A DNA stretch of 64,000 nucleotides. Source: a virus (lineage: Duplodnaviria > Caudoviricetes). Positions 55,612-64,000 of this stretch are shown piece by piece. The notes under the pieces are model-generated. The model did no database searches. It worked only from the letters and a program-made list of their open reading frames with translations, and was not told the origin of the DNA. The position numbers and the translations under genes are program-made. The DNA lies in the IMG/VR virus record IMGVR_UViG_2974799246_000001, positions 64,001 to 128,000 of that record; one strand, written 5' to 3'. Each line of letters opens with the position of its first letter. Position 1 is the stretch's first letter.

Positions 55612-58600
55612 TTAACCCCCGCTTAAATACCCTCTTGCAGCACATGACATAGAGCCACAAGATTCTTCGCACACGGTGATTTGTGCCCACGTCCAGTAAC
55701 CGTTAGGCTGCTGAATCGCATACACCACAGACGGATCAAAGCCCCAGACCTGCGTAGCATTTTGAAGTGCCAGCAATTCTGTTTCGAAATAACCTTCTTC
55801 GAGTGGCTTATCAATTGAACCGTGGTTAGGCTCAACAGTCCATGCCTCAACTACAGGCGCAACAACAGCATACGACTTGTTGTTGTCTGCTTTACGTGAC
55901 GTCCTAATCTCGACTGAAATAGGAGGACGTGTTGCAGGTGCGCCTGGAGTACGAGCAACAGGAATGATTCTCGGCGCCTTGATAAGATCAGGCTCAAGTA
56001 CATCCGTGTCGATTTGAGGCGCACTTTGAATGAACTTACCTTCTATCAGATGCAGATAGACAGTCGGCGCATCCTTAGAAGACGGCTTCGCAACGTCAAC
56101 AGGCGCAGCAATCAGCTTGAGTTGTTCGAACTCACCAGCAGCAGGACTCACAGGGTACTTAACAATATGCTCCATACGCACAGGCGTAGCTGGGCCATAG
56201 TGATAGATCTGTGAAGGCTGCAACCAACGAGTGAACGGGATCTCAGGCATGAACAGCACGGCCGGATGGTAGTCAGGATCGACATACTTCGCGGTCATCG
56301 TCTTGGCTTTATATGTCACATAAGCAGGGCGCCACAGAGGACGTGCCCAACCCACATGATAAATAGCAGACGGCTCAACGTACTGCGGACCGAATGCTTC
56401 TGGATGGAACAGTCCACCGAGATTAGCCTGACGCGGCTCTGTCATACCCTGCTGGAACAAGCCACCAGCATTTACCTTCTTGACCTCAAGCGCGTCTACT
56501 GGATAGTTGCCTTTCGTATCAGCAAATCGAGGCAGAATTTGGTCAGACTTCGTTTTAACACCAGTACGATACACAGGGTCTCGAAGATCGAAATACTGTG
56601 GCGCATCGTCCATGTGCTCAACAAAATTGTTGATGAACGTGTCATTGACCGTAGCAACATCGGTGGCGAAGGTCGGCCAGAACCAATCAGAAACAACATC
56701 ATCACCTACAGTCGCTTCAAACAACGGGAAATCCGTTGCAGTATCGACCTGTCCTTGCGTCAGTTCAAACAGAGGGAATGTAGCAGTCGATGCACCTTCG
56801 TTCGTGCCAATGAAAGCAGGAAGAGGCGTAGTGACGACAACATCCTTCTGACCCTCAGTGAGTTCAAATAGAGGGAAGTTATCAGACGCAAGTGCTGGCG
56901 CTTCTGTCAGTTCAAACAGAGGGAATCGGTCGTAGATGATATCCGAACGGTCAATCAAATCGGCCATGCGGAAGTTATCCACAAAGTCCTTATGACCAGT
57001 ATCGAAGGGAATGACTTCGATAACCTGCACAACGTCACGATCTCCAGTAGCGATCACACGGTCAGCAGCACCCACAGCGTGAGTAGCAGCGTCTTCGAAG
57101 TCAAGCCACTGTAGTTGAACATCCAGCTCAGGGTCGTACACAGGCGTGAGGACAATGTTCTGGTCAGACGCAGCAACATAGGTCTTAGCGTCCAACACAG
57201 ACACTGCATCGGTGGTAGCGTCCAGATAGGACACGTCAAACAACTGAACAGAGTCAGTGCCATAAGCTGTGTACGTCGGGTCGACCGTCATGTTGTACAG
57301 CCAGCCAACTGACGCATCACCGAACTTCAACGAGTGAGGTTGATTCTGCGAAGGCAAGCCGTAGATCTTGAGCATCGTGTCCGCACATTCGAACGGACCT
57401 ACTACAAGGCCTTGCTCTTTGTACACACCACGACTATCAAGCTCTTGCTCAACACGCACACCATCAATGTCCAGCAGCATACCCGCAGGAACCGTGAAGT
57501 ACGTCCAGAAGTTATCTGGAATGTTGTCGATGAAGAACGTACCGCTGTTGTCCATGACATAACGTTCAGCACGTTTAGCAGCAGGCACCGTGCCTAGCCA
57601 TTGCTTGTCAGCCCACACATACCATTCATAAGTGAACTGGTCTGAATGGAACTTAACGGCATACTGCTTGTTCTCTTTGGGCGCGAACTTAATGCTGGTA
57701 CTTGCGCCAACGGCCAGAGTAATCGTCTGCGTACCGTTCGGGAATACAGCATCGGTATCAGTGATTGTCAAGACCAAAGGGATGGTGCCTGTGTTCTTCA
57801 TCGCATCAGACTGGACTTCTTTGCCAACAGGCACGTATGCCCAGTGACGTCCAACATCCAATTGCGCTTCGACGATAGTGAACACGCTGAAACGAGAAGT
57901 GCCTTGTCCTACATCAACATCAATGCGGGAGGTATCGTTCTCATGCAGAATCTCAAAGCCGAGTGTCTGATTGTTACGGATAAGCACAGGCATTGCTGTC
58001 TCTACACCGTTAACGAAGATCTTCACACGACTGTAATCTTCCACACCATCGACAAACACTTTCACAGGAACGGACACGTTGATGCCAGTGATGGCCACGT
58101 CTTCCGTACGGTTCCATGTGTCGTTATCAACACCAACGATGTTCTGCCACGAGAAAGCATTAGGCGTATCGTCAGCTTTCATCTCAAACTGGTAGACAGT
58201 ATGACCGATTGTAATCGGGAACGATGAGCTGGTGATGTACTCATGGCTTAACGTGATAGTGACTTCCTGCCCATCATACACTTTGGTCACAGGCACGGTC
58301 GTAACCGTAGTAACCTCTTTACCGTCTACGATATCAGTCGTGGTGACGTCAATAGTTGCAGCAACAGTAACGCCAGCAGGCGCAGTGATAGGCAGAGGAA
58401 TATCAGGGTCGCCAGCATCGACGAGAACCTTGAACTTGACAGTCGGACCAAGCTGGACAGAAGACAAGTCAGGCCACACGATATCGTAATTGCGAATCGC
58501 CAAATGCTTCAAGCCAGTAGTCGGCCGCGCAACGTAATAGAACAGGCGATCATACGTGTCGGCTTGAGTGTACGACGGAGTGATGAGTTCTATGTATGGC

Positions 58601-59799
58601 CAACCAGAACGAGTCTGCGTAGGTGTTTCAGCAGATGCGAAGTTGAACAGTGCGTTACTACCGTTCGTGTCCATACCTGAAACGAGCTTACCACCCTTAT
58701 CAGTCCATGCAGCAGTCGTGTTAAACACAACGAGGTCGTTAGCGACAAGTGGACGAGCCGCTACGTTCTGAACGTTGTCTCGCAGGTTGAACTGATAAAT
58801 GTTTGTACCGTCATGACCGAGCACCAACAATGAACTCGGAACGAACTGGTACCAGAAGACAGACGCAGGAGCAGCGGCAGTGTTACCGCCCACCAGCTTG
58901 CCGTCTAATGTTGACAGCACATCGTAGCTGTCTGAGCCGTTAACGTAGAACTGGTCTGACTTAACAGAAGTCTCTACGAAAGATGCGTTAAGGTAATGCG
59001 CACGGCCATCTTTATCGAAAGCCACATAGCTATCGACTGTGTTTGTACCGACGCCAGCACGACGACAGATAACGCGATTGACTTCGTAGCCTAACTGCTT
59101 AGGTTCACCGAACTGCGTCATCGCTTCATCGAGAACATCAACCTGACCAGACGTGTGGAAGACTACCGCGCTGCGTTTGTTGTTCGTGTCGTAACTGACT
59201 TTATAGCCAGCGATATCAACGTCATCCATGCTGCCGAACACTTTCGTATTCGAAGCATCACCGTCAGTGTGCAGATAGTACAGTCGGCGGCCTTGACGGT
59301 CATGTACGATAGATATTGGTTTGGTTAAATCAAAGAACGTACCTTCAAAGTCCGAGAACTTCGCTACGCTACTTTGCTGCATGTCCTGTGTGGTAGGGAT
59401 GCGCACACCGCCACCGAGAACAAGACCACCATAGGTAGGATTGAGTGCGCCGCCAAGTGGCATAGCATCCATACCCTGTGTGACTAAACGATAGTCCAGC
59501 TCTTTCGTCTGCGGTCTGACAAAGATGCGAGACAGTGAATGCACAAGCACCCACGTATCACCGTCAAGATAATACAGCACAACAGGTTGCGTAGCAGCGG
59601 CAGAGACCGTTACGTTAGCACTAAGACTAACATCATAGTCAGAGCCTGAACTCGGCGTGATATCTTTCTCTGTGGAAGCATCAGCAAATGTTCCGCCAAC
59701 AACACGGAACTTGAGTGCGTCAGTATGGCCGTTAACTGAAACAGTACCAGACCAAGACTGCGCACCCGTCGCTGATACGACAGGAATCATTTCAGCCAT
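55612..59799 (-). CDS. Large virion structural/fibre protein
   Basis: 1395 aa, beta-rich. DDTPNAFSW..VAITGINV module, FPLFELT repeats, Cys-containing C-terminus. Confidence 0.7.
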   Translation of the reverse strand: MAEMIPVVSATGAQSWSGTVSVNGHTDALKFRVVGGTFADASTEKDITPSSGSDYDVSLSANVTVSAAATQPVVLYYLDGDTWVLVHSLSRIFVRPQTKELDYRLVTQGMDAMPLGGALNPTYGGLVLGGGVRIPTTQDMQQSSVAKFSDFEGTFFDLTKPISIVHDRQGRRLYYLHTDGDASNTKVFGSMDDVDIAGYKVSYDTNNKRSAVVFHTSGQVDVLDEAMTQFGEPKQLGYEVNRVICRRAGVGTNTVDSYVAFDKDGRAHYLNASFVETSVKSDQFYVNGSDSYDVLSTLDGKLVGGNTAAAPASVFWYQFVPSSLLVLGHDGTNIYQFNLRDNVQNVAARPLVANDLVVFNTTAAWTDKGGKLVSGMDTNGSNALFNFASAETPTQTRSGWPYIELITPSYTQADTYDRLFYYVARPTTGLKHLAIRNYDIVWPDLSSVQLGPTVKFKVLVDAGDPDIPLPITAPAGVTVAATIDVTTTDIVDGKEVTTVTTVPVTKVYDGQEVTITLSHEYITSSSFPITIGHTVYQFEMKADDTPNAFSWQNIVGVDNDTWNRTEDVAITGINVSVPVKVFVDGVEDYSRVKIFVNGVETAMPVLIRNNQTLGFEILHENDTSRIDVDVGQGTSRFSVFTIVEAQLDVGRHWAYVPVGKEVQSDAMKNTGTIPLVLTITDTDAVFPNGTQTITLAVGASTSIKFAPKENKQYAVKFHSDQFTYEWYVWADKQWLGTVPAAKRAERYVMDNSGTFFIDNIPDNFWTYFTVPAGMLLDIDGVRVEQELDSRGVYKEQGLVVGPFECADTMLKIYGLPSQNQPHSLKFGDASVGWLYNMTVDPTYTAYGTDSVQLFDVSYLDATTDAVSVLDAKTYVAASDQNIVLTPVYDPELDVQLQWLDFEDAATHAVGAADRVIATGDRDVVQVIEVIPFDTGHKDFVDNFRMADLIDRSDIIYDRFPLFELTEAPALASDNFPLFELTEGQKDVVVTTPLPAFIGTNEGASTATFPLFELTQGQVDTATDFPLFEATVGDDVVSDWFWPTFATDVATVNDTFINNFVEHMDDAPQYFDLRDPVYRTGVKTKSDQILPRFADTKGNYPVDALEVKKVNAGGLFQQGMTEPRQANLGGLFHPEAFGPQYVEPSAIYHVGWARPLWRPAYVTYKAKTMTAKYVDPDYHPAVLFMPEIPFTRWLQPSQIYHYGPATPVRMEHIVKYPVSPAAGEFEQLKLIAAPVDVAKPSSKDAPTVYLHLIEGKFIQSAPQIDTDVLEPDLIKAPRIIPVARTPGAPATRPPISVEIRTSRKADNNKSYAVVAPVVEAWTVEPNHGSIDKPLEEGYFETELLALQNATQVWGFDPSVVYAIQQPNGYWTWAQITVCEESCGSMSCAARGYLSGG

Positions 59800-59823
59800 T
59801 GTTCACCTCACGATGTAGAAACG

Positions 59824-59847
59824 AAAAAGGGCGGCCGAAGCCACCCT
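59824..59847 (-). terminator. Rho-independent terminator
   Basis: AGGGTGGC-TTCG-GCCGCCCTTTTT, identical stem-loop to 40924-40950. Confidence 0.9.
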
Positions 59848-59860
59848 GTGAGGAATAGGC

Positions 59861-61042
59861 TTAGCCGCCTGTTACTTCTGGTTCTTTGTAACCCTGCAGG
59901 AAGAAGATACGCATACCGGTGTTGTTCGGACTGTTAGCAGTCAGAGCTTTGTAGGTACGTTTCTTCGGCGTGCTGCCGTCATCTTCCATTTCGTTGTACA
60001 CCTGCACGTCGATCAGGGTACCGTTGGAGATAACGTCAGAAGACGCGTAACCCACGATATCCATTTCGTACGGATAGCTGTAGCGCTGGGTGTTGAAGCC
60101 AGCAGGCAGACGGAAATCGAAGTGGTTATCTTCGGAGAACGGAACCATCTGGTACGGGTTGATAACCGCGTAGCTATCAGCACTGTGTACGTGCGCTGGT
60201 ACTGGCAGAGTCGGCGCGTTCACATCAGACTCACGCACGGTGTAGCGCATGATCTGGAACGAGCCTGGGCTGTTAGTCGCAGGACGAACTTCCAGATCGT
60301 TGTTGATAGAGCCGCCGCCGTTAACAGAGAACATGCAGAACAGAGGCGCTTTACCATCGACGACAACAGATCCATCAGAGTTGATAGCACGTTGAACTAC
60401 CAGCCATGCACCACGGCAACCATCAGAGTCACGACCTTCAACTGCGAGATGCAGAGCGAAGCCATGCTCAGTCAGAGAGATGTGGTAGGTGAACGGTGAT
60501 GCTTCTGGGTCTGCCCAAATCAGGCTGTCTGGGTTCTGCTGGCCAGCAGTGGCGTTGGTGGCGTTGGTTGGGTACGCCATGGTGCCGCCATAGTAAACAG
60601 CGCCGTTACTGTTTGCAATGCCACGGTGCCAGAAACACACATCGTAGTCGCCAGTAGTACCACCAGTGTTACCATTAAAGCGAGCACCGACCTGACCAGC
60701 ATACTCAGGGAAAGAAGTACCGCCAACAGTAACAGTACCCGTCTTAGCGATGGTGCCTGTGTCAGAGATCTGCTCCGGGGCAGCAACGTACAAGTTGGTA
60801 CGCTTATCAGTGACTTTACAAGCTACACGCCAGCGCTGTTTGCCTGCACCAGTACCAGCCAACGGATCGATAGTCGAAGTAGCTTCAATAACGAATGAAG
60901 CCAGGTCAGTGGACGGAATCGTCGAGGCGACGGTACCGTTAACGCTCACCAGCTGGAAACCATTATCCACCAAATCCTGAAGGATAGATTTCCACATCTT
61001 GATGTTGCTGGTGAAGCCAGATTTCACAATCAGTTTGTTCAT
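59861..61042 (-). CDS. Abundant virion structural protein, paralogue 2
   Basis: 393 aa; high-expression codon bias; collinear motifs with the neighbouring gene. Confidence 0.75.
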   Translation of the reverse strand: MNKLIVKSGFTSNIKMWKSILQDLVDNGFQLVSVNGTVASTIPSTDLASFVIEATSTIDPLAGTGAGKQRWRVACKVTDKRTNLYVAAPEQISDTGTIAKTGTVTVGGTSFPEYAGQVGARFNGNTGGTTGDYDVCFWHRGIANSNGAVYYGGTMAYPTNATNATAGQQNPDSLIWADPEASPFTYHISLTEHGFALHLAVEGRDSDGCRGAWLVVQRAINSDGSVVVDGKAPLFCMFSVNGGGSINNDLEVRPATNSPGSFQIMRYTVRESDVNAPTLPVPAHVHSADSYAVINPYQMVPFSEDNHFDFRLPAGFNTQRYSYPYEMDIVGYASSDVISNGTLIDVQVYNEMEDDGSTPKKRTYKALTANSPNNTGMRIFFLQGYKEPEVTGG

Positions 61043-61061
61043 GAGTCGTTATCCCCTAATA

Positions 61062-62048
61062 TTAAGCCGCGTCGCCAGTACCGATAGGAAGCATCAGACG
61101 CATACCACGGTTGTCTTTACCGTTTGCGTTCATGCCCAGGTACTTGGTTTTGTTAGTCGCTTTCAGCGGGTTCAACTGTACTTCGGAACCAGCAGAGAGA
61201 ACGTCAGCAGAGGTGTAACCCAGCATGTCCAGTGTAGCGAAGTACACATATCGTTGGGTGTTAATCATCTGCGGGAACAGCACGATGGCGCGGTTACCTT
61301 CTGCAATCATAACCTGTTGGAGCGGGTTGATGATTGGTGCGGAGTCAGGAGTCGGCTGTACGGCAGACAGAGGAACTGTCGCGCTGTAGATACCTGCTTC
61401 GATAACAGTGAAGCGCTGAATTGCTTCAGGCTTGATTGTATCAGGGTCGCCAGCCAGACCGCCGCCACACGAGAAGATGCAGAACAGTGGGCTATGATCA
61501 CCCGGCTTAGTATCGCCAGTCTGTACGCCACGCTGTGCAACGAACCAACTGAACGCGGTGCCAGTGTTGTCGAAACCTTCTGCGTTGATGTGCAGAGCGA
61601 TACCGTGGTCGGTGGTGATGAAGTCATAGGTCAGCGGGTATGCTGCCATGTCAGCGGTCGCATCCATCTTCCAGTCAGCAACCAGATCGATGAAGCTGTT
61701 AGCAATCAGACCAGACTTGGACAGACGGCCGATTTCTACGGTAGCAGAACGCTTCGCCGCAGTGTAGTCGTTCTCACTCACCTGAAGGTCAGGCAGAACG
61801 TTGATTGACAGAGTTTTAGCCGCGTTGTCAGCTTTGAGGATGATGCCCCATTGCTGCGTATCAAACAGCGGATCAACTGCGTCAGAGGCCATCAGGTAGA
61901 ATGCTTTACCATCTGGTTTGATCTGAGTACCAGCAGTACCATCGACTGCAACGAGTTCAAAACCCGCAGCAACCATTTTAGCCACCAGGTCACGGGTCAG
62001 AGCTTCCAGACCAATGATCTTAGTGGCAGTTACACGTTGAATAGCCAT
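61062..62048 (-). CDS. Abundant virion structural protein, paralogue 1
   Basis: 328 aa; shares W.V.QR, PLFC.FS..GG, INP.Q.V, NTQRY.Y, GY.S.DV.S.G and AN...N.GMR with 59861-61042. Confidence 0.75.
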   Translation of the reverse strand: MAIQRVTATKIIGLEALTRDLVAKMVAAGFELVAVDGTAGTQIKPDGKAFYLMASDAVDPLFDTQQWGIILKADNAAKTLSINVLPDLQVSENDYTAAKRSATVEIGRLSKSGLIANSFIDLVADWKMDATADMAAYPLTYDFITTDHGIALHINAEGFDNTGTAFSWFVAQRGVQTGDTKPGDHSPLFCIFSCGGGLAGDPDTIKPEAIQRFTVIEAGIYSATVPLSAVQPTPDSAPIINPLQQVMIAEGNRAIVLFPQMINTQRYVYFATLDMLGYTSADVLSAGSEVQLNPLKATNKTKYLGMNANGKDNRGMRLMLPIGTGDAA

Positions 62049-62055
62049 AAGTTAA

Positions 62056-62841
62056 TCACTCCATTACCAGATAGGTTACAGTGAGTTTCGGTTTCGACGG
62101 CGAGGTGCCGATATTCTTCATACGCCACGAAATTGTAGGCGTGTTGTCCTTGTTGGACAAGAAGCTGTATCGGCGCAGCTTACGAATGACAGGATTGCCT
62201 TCGCTATCCACATCAGAGAACACGCCGTCATCTTCAAGAAAATTAGCAGTGGAGCGGAATAAATACGGATTTCTGTCGTCGCGTTGCGCTGTAGGGAATG
62301 CGGAGAGTTCCACATCAAACGCATTGAGTTGAACAGAAAGCAGCATCACGGTGCGGTTCATCTGCAAATCAAAATCAATCTGCTGACCAGGAGTAATGTA
62401 CGAAGGTGATTCGTACTCCACAGTCTTACGCACACCAGCACTCTCATTGCCGCTCAAGTCGGCCCAGAACATTGTACCATTAGCGCCAGACACGAGGGTC
62501 ATCCCTGCGTATTCAGGCTCAGGCACTTGTTTACTTGGGTCGAGGCCTACAACAGTCAGACCTGTCTCATCCACAGCAGTAACGAAAGGCGACTCGAACT
62601 TATACTCCGAGCCACCAAATTTCGCTTCTTCCCATGTCACGTTGTCGGCACCAAGCTGATACATCTTCTTGGTCTCGGTCACGTAACACAACATCCCAGG
62701 CTTTTTATTACCTACGGACATTGTGTCACGCAACGCGAGTGTAGCAAGACAACGCATACCCCCACGAAGATAAACATCCTCGAGGAGGTATGGGAGAGCT
62801 GCGGATGCTGGTAACAGGAACGAAGTCATCATTACCGGCAT
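62056..62841 (-). CDS. Fibre-associated structural protein
   Basis: Start revised to ATG 62841 (TAAGGAG SD), 261 aa. RGG......RD......KPGMLCYVTETKKMYQL....W fibre N-terminal motif. Confidence 0.7.
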   Translation of the reverse strand: MPVMMTSFLLPASAALPYLLEDVYLRGGMRCLATLALRDTMSVGNKKPGMLCYVTETKKMYQLGADNVTWEEAKFGGSEYKFESPFVTAVDETGLTVVGLDPSKQVPEPEYAGMTLVSGANGTMFWADLSGNESAGVRKTVEYESPSYITPGQQIDFDLQMNRTVMLLSVQLNAFDVELSAFPTAQRDDRNPYLFRSTANFLEDDGVFSDVDSEGNPVIRKLRRYSFLSNKDNTPTISWRMKNIGTSPSKPKLTVTYLVME

Positions 62842-62851
62842 CTTATTCTCC

Positions 62852-64000
62852 TTACGCGGTACCTGAACCTGGGGTCGAAGAACCATAGGTCAGTTTAAAC
62901 GTATACGCCAGATTATCAAACGGGAAGTCGTTACGATAGACAACGTAATCAACACCATTGATAGTCACTTCGGCAGGACCAGCAAAGTTGAAGTCATCGA
63001 ACTCCAACGCACCATCCCATGAACCAGCGAAGCCTTGAGCAGACTCGACGAAGTAACCATAGCCCAGAGACTTCGGCCACGCAACGTAGAAGAACACGTT
63101 GTTCGTAGAGGTACTCGTTCCACCAGGACAGTTCAAGAGTTGCTGACCAGTCAGAGTCAACGCAGTTTGCAAACCCTGCACGAACGCTGCGTCATAACCA
63201 GAGACAGACTTGATCTTAGAGTGCCAGCCGAAGCGAGCGCCCAGGTCAGAAGACTGTTGTGGTTTGAGCGTAACGTCTTTCGTTGCAGTAACAGTCTTAC
63301 CGTTCTTGACATACGACACAGTGATAGTTACCACGGCATCAGCAGTCACAGCGTTAGACTTCAACGAACCGCCTACAACACTCAGGCCAGTCACCGTACC
63401 GGACTTCACAGCCACAGACCACGTTGTACCGCTATCCGCAGTAACGTCAGGTGTGGTGCCATCAGACAGAGTTGCCGTTGCAGTGTATGCAGTGGTCACG
63501 CCGCCAATGATAGAAGCAGGTCCAGTGATAACCACTGAGTCAGGCGTCGGTGGAGCTGGCGTGTTCGTTACAGTCAGGTTCGCAGTTTGCGCTTGGCTGT
63601 TATACGAAGCAGTACCAGTGATCACCGCAGTCTGAGTCGTGCTCACAGTGTTACCTGTGATGGTGTTGTTGCCATTGAACGTGAAGCCCGTAGTGGAGCC
63701 AGAGCTACGCGTTACAACAGGTGTCAGATCAACCGTCGTGCTATCAGAGAACGTCAGGCGCAGGATATAGGTACCTGTCTCACCTTTGTTCACAGCAGTA
63801 GGACCAATCAGCTCGCGCTTAGTGATCGTTGCTGCCTGATTGATAATCTGGATGGTCTTCTCTGGTGCATACGTTTTGCCGTCAACGACGACGTTAGCAG
63901 CACGGAGGATTACCGTCTGGTTCTGCGTGATGGAGTTTGGCGGTGAAGTCAACTTCGCACGAGTCGAAGTAGTACCAACACCAAGCGTCACATATGCAGC
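62852..64000 (-). CDS. Ig-like repeat tail protein, 5' end outside the window
   Basis: Frame is open to the window edge; ITGPASI..YTATATLSDGTT.DVT....W Ig-like repeats. Confidence 0.8.
   Translation of the reverse strand, partial: AAYVTLGVGTTSTRAKLTSPPNSITQNQTVILRAANVVVDGKTYAPEKTIQIINQAATITKRELIGPTAVNKGETGTYILRLTFSDSTTVDLTPVVTRSSGSTTGFTFNGNNTITGNTVSTTQTAVITGTASYNSQAQTANLTVTNTPAPPTPDSVVITGPASIIGGVTTAYTATATLSDGTTPDVTADSGTTWSVAVKSGTVTGLSVVGGSLKSNAVTADAVVTITVSYVKNGKTVTATKDVTLKPQQSSDLGARFGWHSKIKSVSGYDAAFVQGLQTALTLTGQQLLNCPGGTSTSTNNVFFYVAWPKSLGYGYFVESAQGFAGSWDGALEFDDFNFAGPAEVTINGVDYVVYRNDFPFDNLAYTFKLTYGSSTPGSGTA

Noticed and set aside
40907-62886. Longest-ORF starts given in the track for several genes (40945, 44284, 47607, 48816, 53668, 55598, 62886)
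   Set aside because: They begin inside terminators, promoter motifs or upstream genes, or lack an SD. Downstream ATGs fit better on SD, stop-start overlap or promoter-motif spacing.

Overview
This window is the virion morphogenesis region of a large lytic myovirus (jumbo phage). Every credible gene lies on the minus strand. Read in the direction of transcription (right to left), it encodes: Ig-repeat and fibre proteins; an NAD-dependent DNA ligase; a GT2-TPR glycosyltransferase; a head module (prohead protease, acidic scaffold, capsid-associated protein, major capsid protein, followed by a GIY-YIG endonuclease); neck, sheath and tube proteins; a tape-measure-like protein with a muramidase domain; a T4-like baseplate (hub, spike, PAAR, gp25, gp6-like); a cluster of collagen-like fibre genes, one carrying a Hint domain; and a few membrane or secreted proteins. 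From memory, and not from a search, the gene content resembles the 'hairy' Erwinia/Dickeya jumbo myoviruses (Y3, Alexandra, AD1, JA-type). The most striking unexplained element is a ~1.25-kb minus-strand segment without a credible gene (about 21241-22490). It has a candidate promoter and an intrinsic terminator, is densely packed with helices whose G-U pairs work only on the minus strand, and contains an exact 28-nt hairpin module twice. It is a candidate novel large structured ncRNA. A second candidate system is a recurring S-x-S motif. It appears throughout the scaffold, capsid and protease and at the N-termini of a family of paralogous proteins and enzymes, suggesting a capsid-targeting and maturation-cleavage code. 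All functional calls come from motif recognition by eye. No tRNA, rRNA or CRISPR array was seen.
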